Shown here one piece after another: positions 38,901-48,594 of a stretch of DNA of 64,000 bases. The notes under the pieces were generated by a model, which was not told where the DNA came from, did no database searches, and worked only from the letters and a program-made list of their open reading frames with translations. A program made the translations under genes and the position numbers. The DNA is taken from contig CANJRG010000007.1 in the NCBI GenBank assembly GCA_947476745.1, positions 55,913 to 119,912 of the forward strand, read 5' to 3'. The stretch is from Acidimicrobiia bacterium (GTDB lineage: Bacteria; Actinomycetota; Acidimicrobiia; Acidimicrobiales; CAIXPF01). Numbering within the stretch: position 1 is the first letter of the stretch; the number at the start of each line of letters is the position of its first letter.

Positions 38901-40094
38901 TCAGCGATCGTCGGTGCGCGCCGCCTCCGCTGACCGCCACCAACGGCTGGCCGGCTCGACCAGGGCCGAACGCACTGCCGCGAAACGCGCCGCAGCGGCA
39001 GGGCCGGGCCAGTCCGCGGCCAGCAGCGGCTGCGGCAGCCCGGGATCGGCGAAGGGGAACTGCCGCCACCGGTGCACCAACACGGTGAGGGCCAGGGCCG
39101 CGTCGCGGTCGGACCGCGCCTCGTTCCCATCCGCAGCGCCCTGTAGGACCGCACCGATCTGGGTGCCGGTACCGCCCTGAGGACCGGCACCGCCTGGGCT
39201 ACCGGCACTGTCCGGGATGCGCCCACCGAGCCGGCTGCGCGTACCGCCTGGCGCGGCTGTGCCGATGGGCCCGCGCGTACCGTCGGGGCTGCGCGTACGG
39301 TCGGGGCTGCGCGTACCGCCCCGTGCGGCCGTACCGTCGGGGCTGCGCGTACCGTCGGGAACGGTGGCCGCAGCAGGGACGGACGCGGTGGCGGTGGCGG
39401 CGAGGAACGCCTCGTACTGCCGGCGCAGGGTCGGCAGGTCCCAGGCCTGCGCGGCCAGGGCAACGGGGTCGCCGAGCCGGCCGAGCTCGGACACGAAGGA
39501 CGTCGCCGTGACCTCGAGGTCCCGCAGCAGCGCCACCGCGGCAGCCTCCTGCTCGACCCAGGGCGACACCCAGATCCCGCCGCCCAGCGAGCCGAAGCCG
39601 GCCCAGCCCAGGCCCACGTTCATGCGGTAGCGGGCCCGGCGGTCGCGCTCCGGAATACTGGCCAGCAGCAGGACCCAACGTCCGTCCCACGGCCGGGGCT
39701 GCCGCCCGAACCCGTAGATGCGTTCGGCGCCGGCCTCGAGCAGGGACCGGGTACCTTCCGACAGCATCCAACGAGTCCGGCGTCCGACACGGACCCGTTC
39801 GAGCCGGCCGTGCTCGTGCATCCGGGCGATGACCTGGCGGGCGGCCTTGTCGTTGACGCCGAGACCGCCGAGCGCGTCGAGCAAGGTCTGGGTCCACACC
39901 GCTCCCCCCGAGGGCAGGACGAACTCGCCGAGCAGCGTCATGAGCAACCCCCGGCCCCGATCGGCGGGCGGGTCCACGGCACGCGACGCCCCGAGTGCCG
40001 CCGCCAGCGAGGCAGCCTCGTCGGGACGTGGCACGGCCACGCCGGTCGCCGCCTGCGCGGGGGTGCGGGGGGCTGGGGCCGGTTCGGCAACCAT
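38901..40094 (-). CDS. PaaX-family transcriptional regulator with low-complexity insertion
   Basis: LMTLLGE, WDGRW.L, AWDL..L...Y..F, WRQFPFADPGLP..LL..DWPG. Confidence 0.88.
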   Translation of the reverse strand: MVAEPAPAPRTPAQAATGVAVPRPDEAASLAAALGASRAVDPPADRGRGLLMTLLGEFVLPSGGAVWTQTLLDALGGLGVNDKAARQVIARMHEHGRLERVRVGRRTRWMLSEGTRSLLEAGAERIYGFGRQPRPWDGRWVLLLASIPERDRRARYRMNVGLGWAGFGSLGGGIWVSPWVEQEAAAVALLRDLEVTATSFVSELGRLGDPVALAAQAWDLPTLRRQYEAFLAATATASVPAAATVPDGTRSPDGTAARGGTRSPDRTRSPDGTRGPIGTAAPGGTRSRLGGRIPDSAGSPGGAGPQGGTGTQIGAVLQGAADGNEARSDRDAALALTVLVHRWRQFPFADPGLPQPLLAADWPGPAAAARFAAVRSALVEPASRWWRSAEAARTDDR

Positions 40095-40115
40095 GGCAGA
40101 TCATTCGACTTTATC

Positions 40116-40145
40116 TTGACGTTGCGCCGCAAATTAGTGGACTAT
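40116..40145 (+). promoter_or_regulatory. Putative box promoter (-35 TTGACG) with palindrome TTGCG-C-CGCAA in the spacer
   Basis: AT-rich 68-bp divergent intergenic region; -10 only weak (GACTAT). Confidence 0.5.
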
Positions 40146-40162
40146 TTGATCGGGGAGGGCGC

Positions 40163-41833
40163 ATGGCCGAGCACGCCGACATCGATTTCCGGACCAGCCC
40201 GGAGCAGTACCGCCACTGGCGGCTCGACGTCGAGGGCTGCATCGCCACCGTCACCATGGCGGTCGACCCCAACAGCACGCTGCATGACGGCTACGAGCTG
40301 AAATCGAACTCCTACGACCTCGGCGTGGACATCGAGCTGGCCGACCTGGTGCAGCGGCTCCGCTTCGAGCACCCCGAGGTACGGGTGGTGGTCCTCACCA
40401 GCGACACCGACAAGCTGTTCTGCGCCGGGGCCAACATCCAGATGCTGGCGGCCTCCGACCACGGCCACAAGGTGAACTTCTGCAAGTTCACCAACGAGAC
40501 CCGCAACAGCATCGAGGAGGCCACCGCCCGCTCCGGCCAGGCCTGGATCGCCGCGATCAACGGCACCGCGGCGGGTGGTGGCTACGAGCTGGCCCTGGCC
40601 TGCGAGGAGATCCTGCTCGTCGACGACCGATCCTCGGCGGTGTCCCTTCCCGAGGTCCCCCTACTCGCCGTACTTCCCGGTACGGGCGGCCTCACCCGGC
40701 TGGTCGACAAGCGCCACGTGCGCCGCGACCTCGCCGACGCCTTCGCCACACGGGCCGAGGGGGTTCGGGGCGAGACCGCCCTGGCCTGGCGCCTGGTGGA
40801 CCACCTCGCCCCGCCGAGCAGGTTCGCGACGCTGGTCGGGTCCCGGGCCGCCGCGCTGGCCGCCGCATCCGACCGTCCCGGCACACCGGGCGGTATGCAG
40901 CTCATCCCGATCGAACGGGCCCTCACCGCTGACCACCTGACGTACTCAACGGTACGGGTCGAGCTCGACCGGGCGTCCGGCACCGCGGCGTTCACCGTCG
41001 CCGCACCCGACCTCGCCGAGCCGTCCACCCCCGAGGAGCTGCTTGCCGCGGGGGCCGGCGCCTGGCTGGTGCGCTGTGCCCGTGAGCTCGACGACGCGGT
41101 CCTGCACCTGCGGGCCAACGAGGCGGAGATCGGCACCTGGACCTTCCGTACCATCGGCAATGGGGAGGCGGTGACCGCGACCGAGCAGGTCTTGGCCCGG
41201 CACCCCGACCATTGGCTGGTACGCGAGGTACGGCTGCTGTGGGGCCGGGTCCTCAAACGGCTCGACGTGTCGTCCCGGACGCTGATCGCCCTGGTCGAGC
41301 CGGGCAGCTGCTTCAGTGGGCTGCTGGCCGAGCTGCTGCTCGTCGCGGACCGCAGCTTCATGCTGAGCGGCACCTGGGAGGACGACGAGGACCCGCCACC
41401 ACCCGCCACGATCACGCTGGGCGAGGCCAACCTGGGCCGGTTCCCCATGGCCAACGGGCTGAGCCGCCTGCACAGCCGCTTCTGGGGCCGCGACGACGCC
41501 TACGAGGCCGCGCGGGCCACCGTGGGCCGGGCCCTGGCCGCCGCCGAGGCCGCCGCCGCCGAGCTGGTGACCTTCACCCCCGACGACCTCGACTGGCACG
41601 ACGAGGTGCGGCTCGCCCTCGAGGAGCGCAACAGCTTCTCACCCGACGCCCTCACCGCCATGGAGGCGAACTACCGCTTCGTCGGGCCCGAGACGATGGA
41701 GACCAAGATCTTCGCCCGCCTCACCGCCTGGCAGAACTGGATCTTCCAACGACCCAACGCCGTCGGCCCCGAGGGCGCCCTGCGCCGTTTCGGTACCGGC
41801 ACCCGGGCAAGCTTCGACCACCGGAGAGTGTGA
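40163..41833 (+). CDS. boxC: 2,3-epoxybenzoyl-CoA dihydrolase
   Basis: IDFRTSPEQYRHW, SYDLGVDIELAD, KVNFCKFTNETRN, ETMETKIFARLTAWQNWIFQRPNA. Confidence 0.96.
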   Translation: MAEHADIDFRTSPEQYRHWRLDVEGCIATVTMAVDPNSTLHDGYELKSNSYDLGVDIELADLVQRLRFEHPEVRVVVLTSDTDKLFCAGANIQMLAASDHGHKVNFCKFTNETRNSIEEATARSGQAWIAAINGTAAGGGYELALACEEILLVDDRSSAVSLPEVPLLAVLPGTGGLTRLVDKRHVRRDLADAFATRAEGVRGETALAWRLVDHLAPPSRFATLVGSRAAALAAASDRPGTPGGMQLIPIERALTADHLTYSTVRVELDRASGTAAFTVAAPDLAEPSTPEELLAAGAGAWLVRCARELDDAVLHLRANEAEIGTWTFRTIGNGEAVTATEQVLARHPDHWLVREVRLLWGRVLKRLDVSSRTLIALVEPGSCFSGLLAELLLVADRSFMLSGTWEDDEDPPPPATITLGEANLGRFPMANGLSRLHSRFWGRDDAYEAARATVGRALAAAEAAAAELVTFTPDDLDWHDEVRLALEERNSFSPDALTAMEANYRFVGPETMETKIFARLTAWQNWIFQRPNAVGPEGALRRFGTGTRASFDHRRV

Positions 41834-41836
41834 GCC

Positions 41837-43252
41837 ATGGCCATCGTCGACATCGACGCCAAGATCCCCAACAACGTCGACCTGGCGGGCGACCGACGCC
41901 TGCAACGGGCGTTGGAGCAGTGGCAACCCCGCTTCGTGCGCTGGTGGGAGGAGCTCGGGCCCTCGGTGTTCCAGCGCAACCCGGTCTATCTGCGTACCGC
42001 GGTGGATGTCGGCCGTGACGGCTGGGCCCACTTCGGCCACGTGGAGATGCCCGACTACCGCTGGGGTGTGTTCCTGTCGGAGCCCGAGCCGGAACGTCGC
42101 ATCGCCTTCGGCGACCACAAAGGTCTGGCCGCGTGGCAGGAGGTGCCCGGCGAGTACCGCTCGGACCTGCGACGCCTGCTGGTGGTGCAGGGCGACACCG
42201 AGCCGGCGTCGGTCGAGCAGCAACGCCACCTCGGCCTCACCGCCCCGTCGCTGTACGACCTTCGCAACCTGTTCCAGGTCAACGTCGAGGAGGGCCGCCA
42301 CCTGTGGGCGATGGTGTACCTGCTGCACCGCTACTTCGGCCGTGACGGCCGCGACGAAGCCGACGCCATGCTCGACCGGCACTCCGGCGATCCCGACAAC
42401 CCCCGCATCCTGGGCGCCTTCAACGAGGAGACGCCCGACTGGCTGTCGTTCTTCATGTTCACGTACTTCACCGACCGCGACGGCAAGTACCAGCTCGCGT
42501 CGCTGCGCGAGTCGGCCTTCGACCCGCTGTCGCGTACGTGCGACTTCATGCTGAAGGAGGAGGCGTACCACATGTTCGTGGGGGCCACCGGCGTGGGCCG
42601 GGTCGTGGCCCGCAGCGTCGAACTCATGCGCGAGCACGACACCGACGACGTGCACCCCTACGGCGGCATCAACCTCGATGTGCTGCAGAAGTACCTCAAC
42701 TTCCACTACTCGGTCTCGCTGGACCTGTTCGGCGCGGAGACCTCCACCAACGCCGCCAACTACTTCGCCGCCGGCCTGAAGGGCCGTTTCCAGGAGGAGC
42801 GACGCGACGACGACCACCAGCTCAAGACGGTGACCCGGATGGTGCCGGAGATGACCGACGCCGGCATCGGCGAACGCGAGGTCACCCAGCTGCAGGCGTT
42901 GAACGAGACGCTGCGCGACGACTACCGGGAGGACTGCGCCAAGGGCCTCGAGCGTTGGAACCGCACCCTGCGCGACCACGGCGTCCACGTCGAGCTGACC
43001 CTGCCCCATGTGGGGTTCAACCGTCGGGTCGGTACGTTCCGCGGGCACCACGTCTCCCCCGACGGTCGCCCGCTCGACGCGTCCGCCTGGCAGGCCGAGT
43101 TGGCCCGCTGGCTGCCGACCGACGCCGACCGGGCCCACGTCCAGTCGCTGATGGTGGGGGTCACCGAACCCGGACGTATGGCGGGCTGGGTGGCGCCGCC
43201 CGCCACCGGCATCCAGGGCCAGCCGGTCGACTTCAACTATGTCAAGATCTGA
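41837..43252 (+). CDS. boxB: Benzoyl-CoA 2,3-epoxidase diiron subunit
   Basis: KIPNNVDL, QGDTEPASVEQQ, NVEEGRH, TDRDGKYQL, EEAYH. Confidence 0.96.
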   Translation: MAIVDIDAKIPNNVDLAGDRRLQRALEQWQPRFVRWWEELGPSVFQRNPVYLRTAVDVGRDGWAHFGHVEMPDYRWGVFLSEPEPERRIAFGDHKGLAAWQEVPGEYRSDLRRLLVVQGDTEPASVEQQRHLGLTAPSLYDLRNLFQVNVEEGRHLWAMVYLLHRYFGRDGRDEADAMLDRHSGDPDNPRILGAFNEETPDWLSFFMFTYFTDRDGKYQLASLRESAFDPLSRTCDFMLKEEAYHMFVGATGVGRVVARSVELMREHDTDDVHPYGGINLDVLQKYLNFHYSVSLDLFGAETSTNAANYFAAGLKGRFQEERRDDDHQLKTVTRMVPEMTDAGIGEREVTQLQALNETLRDDYREDCAKGLERWNRTLRDHGVHVELTLPHVGFNRRVGTFRGHHVSPDGRPLDASAWQAELARWLPTDADRAHVQSLMVGVTEPGRMAGWVAPPATGIQGQPVDFNYVKI

Positions 43253-43255
43253 ACG

Positions 43256-44812
43256 ATGAGCCTCTACAACGCCGCAGGCTGGCTGGTCGACCGCCAGGTG
43301 GCGGCAGGGTGGGGCGAGCGCATCGCCCTGCGTTGCGAGGGCCGGAACACCAGCTACGCCGAGCTGCAGGCCGAGCTGTGGCGGGTGCAGCAAGCGCTGC
43401 AACAACTCGGCGTCGCGGCCGGCGACCGGGTGGCCATGGTGGTCAACGACGAGCCGGCCTTCGTAGCGTGGTTCCTCGGTGCCCTCCGCCACGCGGTGGT
43501 GCCCGTACCCCTGTCGACCATGCTTAATGGTACGGAACTGGCGTCGATCGTGGCCGACTCGGGGGCACGGCTGCTGGTGGTGTCCGCTCCGTTCGCTGCG
43601 ACAGTGGCCACCATCACCGCCGGGGCGCCGCAGGTCTGCAACGTGGTGGTACTCGGTGAACCGACCGGCGTGACGGCCGGGGGCGTGCCCGTCGAGGCCT
43701 GGGCGTCCTTCTGCGACGCGACGGAGATGCCGGTCGCCGCCACCGACGAGAACACCGACGGCTTCTGGCTCTACAGCAGCGGCACCACCGGTACCCCGAA
43801 GGGGGTCATGCACCGCCACGGCGACCTGCAGGCCACCACGCAGACCTACGCCGCGTCGGTACTGCGGGCCGAGCCAGAGGACCGGTTCCTGTCGGTGGCC
43901 AAGCTGTTCTTCGCGTACGGGCTGGGCAACTCGCTGACCTTCCCGCTTTCGGTGGGGGCCACCGCGATCCTGCACCCGCTGCCCCCCACCCCGGCGGCGG
44001 TGCTGACCCTCATCGAGACGGAACGGCCCAGCCTGTTCTTCGCCTCCCCCGGGTTCGTGGCCGCCCTGCTCGACGCCGCTCCGGGCGCGGACGTCTTCGG
44101 GAGCCTGCGGGCCACGGTCACCGCCGGTGAATCGCTGCCCGCGGACCTGCAACGCCGCTTCAGCGAGCTGACCGGCCGCCCGGTACTCGACGGCATCGGC
44201 TCGACGGAGATGCTGCACATCTTCATCTCCAACACCCTCGACGCGCAGTCGCCCGGGTCGAGCGGCTGGGTGGTCCCCGGCTACCGGGCCGAGCTGCGCG
44301 ACGACGACCAGCGGGCAGTGACCGCCCCCGACACCCCCGGCTACCTGTACGTGCAGGGACCGTCCGCGGCGAGCGGATACTGGCAGAAGCCCGACGCCAC
44401 TGCGGCGGCCTTCGCCGAGGGCTGGGTCCGCACCGGCGACGTGTACACCCGTTCCGCCGAGGACTGCTGGACCTTCCTGGGCCGCAACAACGACATGATC
44501 AAGGCCGGGGGCATCTGGGTGTCGCCGGCCGAGGTGGAGAGCGTGCTGATCGAGCATCCCGACGTGCTCGAGGCTGCGGTCGTCGGCGACCGCAGCATCG
44601 CGGGGCTCGAGACGGTGGTGGCCTTCGTGGTGCCGGCCGCCGGGGCGACCATCGACCCCGCCGCGCTCGAGGCCCACTGCCGCTCCCGCGTGGCATCGTT
44701 CAAGCGACCGCGTGAGATCGTGGTGGTGGACGAGCTGCCCAAGACCGCCACCGGCAAGATCAAGCGCTACGCCCTGCGCGAGGCGCGCGCCGAGGCGGCA
44801 CCCGGGGCCTGA
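43256..44812 (+). CDS. Benzoate-CoA ligase family
   Basis: FWLYSSGTTGTPKG, AKLFFAYGLGN, DGIGSTEMLHIFISN, LPKTATGKI. Confidence 0.93.
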   Translation: MSLYNAAGWLVDRQVAAGWGERIALRCEGRNTSYAELQAELWRVQQALQQLGVAAGDRVAMVVNDEPAFVAWFLGALRHAVVPVPLSTMLNGTELASIVADSGARLLVVSAPFAATVATITAGAPQVCNVVVLGEPTGVTAGGVPVEAWASFCDATEMPVAATDENTDGFWLYSSGTTGTPKGVMHRHGDLQATTQTYAASVLRAEPEDRFLSVAKLFFAYGLGNSLTFPLSVGATAILHPLPPTPAAVLTLIETERPSLFFASPGFVAALLDAAPGADVFGSLRATVTAGESLPADLQRRFSELTGRPVLDGIGSTEMLHIFISNTLDAQSPGSSGWVVPGYRAELRDDDQRAVTAPDTPGYLYVQGPSAASGYWQKPDATAAAFAEGWVRTGDVYTRSAEDCWTFLGRNNDMIKAGGIWVSPAEVESVLIEHPDVLEAAVVGDRSIAGLETVVAFVVPAAGATIDPAALEAHCRSRVASFKRPREIVVVDELPKTATGKIKRYALREARAEAAPGA

Positions 44813-44828
44813 GCGACCGCCGCCTCAC

Positions 44829-46061
44829 TCACCACAGCTCGGCGAGGAGCCGTTCGAGCACCACCACCTCGCCGGCGGGCACCACCAGCCGGCCGTCGCG
44901 ACGCTGCAGTCGGCCCTGGTCGCACAGGTTCTCGATACGAGCCCGGACCGCGTGCAGCTCGGCGAGCATGGTGGGATCGGCGGGCCCTTCGGACGACCGG
45001 TCGGGCGGCCCGACGACGAGCGTCTCGTGCGGCGCGGCCAGCACCGCCTCGTCGATCCCCTCGGCCAGCCGCAGGCCGGTGAGCAGCCGGACCCGAAGCA
45101 CCTCGAGGGCTTCGAGCGGTTCCTCCTCGGGTGCCGCACCCGCCAGCCAGTCCTCGAGCGGCGGGTTGCGGACCAGGCGTCGGCCACCGGCGGTCCCGGC
45201 GGTCCCGGCGGTCCCGGCGGTCCCGGCGGTAGCGGGCAGCGAGGCGGTAGCGGACGGGCCGGCCCCGAACCAGGAGCGCCCCCGCCAGTAGGCCAGGTTG
45301 TGGGCACACCGGTGACCGTCACGGGCATGGTTGGACACCTCGTAGCGCGCCAGCCCGTAGCCCGGCAGGATCTCGGCGGCGAGCTCGATGGCCCGGCGCT
45401 CGGCCTCCTCTTCGACGCTGACCCCCCGGCGGCCGAACGGCGTGCCCTCCTCGACGGTCAGGGTGTACGCGGCGAGATGGTCCACCCCGGTGGCAGCCAG
45501 CCGGTGCAGGTCCGCCGCCACGTCCTGGCCATCCACCGCCACGATCAGATCAGCGTTCACCGTCCAACCGTCGACCGAGCGGACCGACTCCAGCGCCCGC
45601 AGCGCCGTCGCCGCGTCATGGGGGCGGCCGAGGGTGCGCAACACCGGGTCCTGCGTCGACTGCACGCCGACGCTGACCCGGGTGAAGCCCAGGTCACGCC
45701 ATCGGGCCGGCCGGTCTGGGCCCACGTTGAGCGGGTGCACCTCGATACCGATCTCGGCGTCGTCATTCACGGCGAATCGACGTCGAATCGACGCCAGCAG
45801 ACGGCCGAGCTCGGCGTCGGTGAGGTGGCTCGGGGTGCCGCCACCGAGGTACACCGTCTCCAGCGGGCCGCGGTCGGGCCACCGCTCGGCGGTCATGGCC
45901 AGCTCGGCGTCGAGGCGGGACAGGTATGCCTCGACCAGGTCGTCGCGCCGACGCAGCACGTGGAAGCTGCAGAACGGGCAGATCGTGGGGCAGAACGGCA
46001 CGTGCACGTACAGGTGCGGGATCGGCCCCGGGTTCGCCACCGGGTTCGGCTCGAGCTGCAC
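44829..46061 (-). CDS. hemW: Radical SAM heme chaperone HemW/HemN-like
   Basis: YVHVPFCPTICPFCSF, GGGTPS, YEVSN, HNLAYW. Confidence 0.85.
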   Translation of the reverse strand: MQLEPNPVANPGPIPHLYVHVPFCPTICPFCSFHVLRRRDDLVEAYLSRLDAELAMTAERWPDRGPLETVYLGGGTPSHLTDAELGRLLASIRRRFAVNDDAEIGIEVHPLNVGPDRPARWRDLGFTRVSVGVQSTQDPVLRTLGRPHDAATALRALESVRSVDGWTVNADLIVAVDGQDVAADLHRLAATGVDHLAAYTLTVEEGTPFGRRGVSVEEEAERRAIELAAEILPGYGLARYEVSNHARDGHRCAHNLAYWRGRSWFGAGPSATASLPATAGTAGTAGTAGTAGGRRLVRNPPLEDWLAGAAPEEEPLEALEVLRVRLLTGLRLAEGIDEAVLAAPHETLVVGPPDRSSEGPADPTMLAELHAVRARIENLCDQGRLQRRDGRLVVPAGEVVVLERLLAELW

Positions 46062-46120
46062 CGGACCACCCTTGCCGCCGAACCGACCCGGGCGCCACCC
46101 GGCGACGATCGGACCGGCAG

Positions 46121-46193
46121 CGCCCCCGGCAGGGTTCGAACCTGCGACCCTCGGATTAGAAGTCCGTTGCTCTGTCCACTGAGCTACGGGGGC
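46121..46193 (-). tRNA. tRNA-Arg(TCT)
   Basis: Reverse complement GCCCCCGTAGCTCAG...CGGA-CTTCTAA-TCCG...GTTCGAAC...CGGGGGCG. Confidence 0.95.
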
Positions 46194-46251
46194 CCGACAC
46201 GGATCGCGCTTGGGCCGAGCCGTGTGCGGCGCCTATGCTAGAGGGTCTCGT

Positions 46252-46330
46252 GGTGGTCGTAGCTCAGCTCGGTTAGAGCGCCAGGTTGTGGCCCTGGAGG
46301 TCGGGGGTTCAAGTCCCCTCGGTCACCCCA
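46252..46330 (+). tRNA. tRNA-His(GTG)
   Basis: G-1, anticodon loop TTGTGGC, GTTCAAGTC, C73 then CCA. Confidence 0.96.
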
Positions 46331-46370
46331 TCGCGGTGGGAGTTCGTGTTACGTTCTCCCGCCGCAGCAA

Positions 46371-46445
46371 GCGCCTCTAGCTCAATGGCAGAGCAACGGA
46401 CTCTTAATCCGCAGGTTCTGGGTTCGAATCCCAGGGGGCGCACCA
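46371..46445 (+). tRNA. tRNA-Lys(CTT)
   Basis: GCGCCTC/GGGGCGC acceptor, CGGA-CTCTTAA-TCCG, GTTCGAATC, ACCA. Confidence 0.96.
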
Positions 46446-46699
46446 CAAACATGCAGGTCACCGGCACAATATTGGTCTCAAGCGGCGGGTTTCTGCAGCC
46501 CCGCTTCGCTCTTCGGAAGTGTGGGACCGTCTGTTAGACCGCTGGCTTGGCCTCAGTTCCCACGGCGATTCTGTTCGCCAGCCAGGACGAGTCCTCAGGC
46601 ACTCGACGGGTGTCGGGTAAATCTGAGGGCACCCCCGTGTAGTGGTCCGGGTGTTGTGCGAGTCCGTTGCCCCAGAATCGGGGCGAGGAGGACAGCATC

Positions 46700-46978
46700 A
46701 TGGCCCGACGTCGGCACACGCCCGACCAGATCATCCGCAAACTCGTTGAGGGCAACAGGCTCTTGGCGGGCGGCGCCGAACTCGGCGAGGTATGCCGGCA
46801 TCTCGAGATCGCCGAGGCGACATGGCATCGCTGGGTGGCGCAGTACGGCGGCATGAAAGCCGAGGACGCCAGGCGGCTCAAGCAGCTCGAAGCGGAGAAC
46901 GCCAGGCTGAAGAAGCTGCTCGCCGAAGCCGAGTTGGACAGGTCGATGCTCAAGGAGATCGCGGAGGGAAACTTCTGA
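46700..46978 (+). CDS. IS3 transposase OrfA (HTH)
   Basis: MARRRHTPDQIIRKL...RLKQLEAENARLKKLLAE...EGNF. Confidence 0.92.
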   Translation: MARRRHTPDQIIRKLVEGNRLLAGGAELGEVCRHLEIAEATWHRWVAQYGGMKAEDARRLKQLEAENARLKKLLAEAELDRSMLKEIAEGNF

Positions 46979-47274
46979 CCCCGAACCGGCGACGCAGCGC
47001 CGTGAGCACGCTGCAGGACCGTTTCGGGGTCTCTCAACGTCGCGCCTGTACAGACCTGGGTCAGCACCGGTCGACCCAACGCCTCACCCCACCCGAGCCG
47101 TCGGAATGCGAGGTGCAGCTGCGTGCCTGGCTGCGGGCCTTCGCCACGCGCCGGCCCCCGTGGGGGTGGCGGCGTGCATACAAAGAGCTGCGCCGCTATG
47201 GCCGACAGGTCAACGCGAAACGGATCCAGCGGCTCTGGCGCGACGAGGGCCTGCGGGTGCCGGCCCAGAAATGA
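46966..47274 (+). pseudogene. IS3 OrfB N-terminal fragment (-1 frame), truncated at IR junction
   Basis: VSQRRAC..LGQHRSTQR, WGWRR, VNAKRIQRLWRDEGLRVP; stop supplied by the TGA of the IR. Confidence 0.85.
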
Positions 47275-47300
47275 GGGGTCCCCATTTGGTGGTCCGGGCG

Positions 47301-47600
47301 TTACGCGAGCGCTGGTTGGTTTCGGGTGGTCCAGGCCGTGGCGGACTCGGTGGGGGTGAGGTCGCACTGGGCGCTGTGGGGTCCGTTGATGTTGTAGTCG
47401 ATGCGCCAGTCCTCGATCAGGACCTGGGCCTCGAGGAGGCTGTCGAACTGCCAGCCGTTGAGGAACTCGTCGCGTAGCCGGCCGTTGAACGATTCGATCC
47501 AGGCGTGCTGCCACGGCGACCCCGGGTCGATGAAGCACGAGCCGACGTCGTTGAACCGGCACCAGTCCGCAACGGCATGCGCGACGAATTCGGCGCCGTT
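47301..47600 (-). pseudogene. IS3 OrfB C-terminal (integrase core) fragment, inverted
   Basis: NGAEF...IDPGSPWQHAWIESFNGRLRDEFLN...EDWRIDYN..PHS. Confidence 0.88.
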
Positions 47601-47637
47601 TCCGAAGATGACGTCGATGGTGATCGACCCCCGGACG

Positions 47638-48579
47638 TCAGTAACGATCTATGGCTGGTGGCTTCGGCGCTGAAATGCCGGACTCGCCAATCGTTGCCTC
47701 GAACGCTTTGCTCCAGGCGCCATCGGCGTAGGACTGGTCGAGGACATCGTTCACGAAGGTGCGCAGCGCCGTGTCGCCCTTTTTCAGGCCGATGCCGTAG
47801 GGCTCTTGGGTGAACGGCTTGCCGACGAGCTTCAAGTTGGCGGGATCGGCGGCAACGAAACCGAGCAGGATGATGTCATCAGTGGTCACGGCCTCCACCC
47901 GACCGTCCTTGAGCGCTTCGATACAAAGGCTGTACTTGTCGAACACGGTGGATACGTCGACCTGGGGCGCCTTTTCTTGCACGTTCTTGAGCGAGGTCGA
48001 TCCGGCGACCGAGCAAACCTTCTTGCCCTTGAGATCCGCCACCCCGCTGATCGAAGCGTTGCCCTTCTTCACCAAGATGTCCTGGCCGGCGACGTAATAC
48101 GGCCCGGCGAAGTCCACCACCTCTTTGCGGGTGGCGTTGATGGTGTAGGTCGAGATCACGAGATCGACCTTGCTTTCTTGGATGAACGGCTCCCGGTTCT
48201 TCGACACCGCCTCGACGAACTCGACCTTGCCGTCGATGTTCTCGCCGAAGATGTTGCGGGCGATGATCTTGCCGATCTCGACGTCGAAGCCTTCGATGCC
48301 GTTCGTGGTCGGGTTCTTCACCCCGAACAGCGGCACGTCGAACTTGACCCCGATCGTGATCTTGCCCTTTTTCTTGATGGCCTCCACCGACGAACCGGCT
48401 GGGATTGCGATGGTCTCTGTGGTCTTCTCCGCTGCTGATGTCCCATCCCGAGCCGCGGTGGTTGCGGTGGTCTCACCCGCCACCGTGGTGTCTGATACCG
48501 AACTGCCCGAATCGTTACCGCCGCACGCCGCCATTATCAGGCTGAGCATGGCCGCTATGGCCAGCAGCTTTCGTCGCAT
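47638..48579 (-). CDS. Glutamate/polar amino acid ABC substrate-binding lipoprotein (GluB-like)
   Basis: Lipobox MAAC, GVKFDVPLFG, GFDVEI, YTIN, FAGPYY, EPYGIG; AAGGAG RBS. Confidence 0.92.
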   Translation of the reverse strand: MRRKLLAIAAMLSLIMAACGGNDSGSSVSDTTVAGETTATTAARDGTSAAEKTTETIAIPAGSSVEAIKKKGKITIGVKFDVPLFGVKNPTTNGIEGFDVEIGKIIARNIFGENIDGKVEFVEAVSKNREPFIQESKVDLVISTYTINATRKEVVDFAGPYYVAGQDILVKKGNASISGVADLKGKKVCSVAGSTSLKNVQEKAPQVDVSTVFDKYSLCIEALKDGRVEAVTTDDIILLGFVAADPANLKLVGKPFTQEPYGIGLKKGDTALRTFVNDVLDQSYADGAWSKAFEATIGESGISAPKPPAIDRY

Positions 48580-48594
48580 GGTTGTCTCCTTGGG

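Larger units (their letters stand above)
46624..47600. mobile_element. Rearranged/defective IS3-family element(s)
   Basis: IRL TGAGGGCACCCCCGTGTAGTGGTCCGGG at 46624; orfA; GGGAAAC slippery site; 5' orfB; at 47272 an inverted IRR (TGAGGGGTCCCCATTTGGTGGTCCGGG) followed by minus-strand 3' orfB. Confidence 0.9.

Noticed and set aside
46333-46365. Hairpin GCGGTGGGAG...CTCCCGCCGC between tRNA-His and tRNA-Lys
   Set aside because: No U-tract; probably an ordinary spacer structure, not called as a terminator
46534-47562. 342-aa minus-strand ORF across the IS
   Set aside because: Off-frame and antisense read-through of IS fragments
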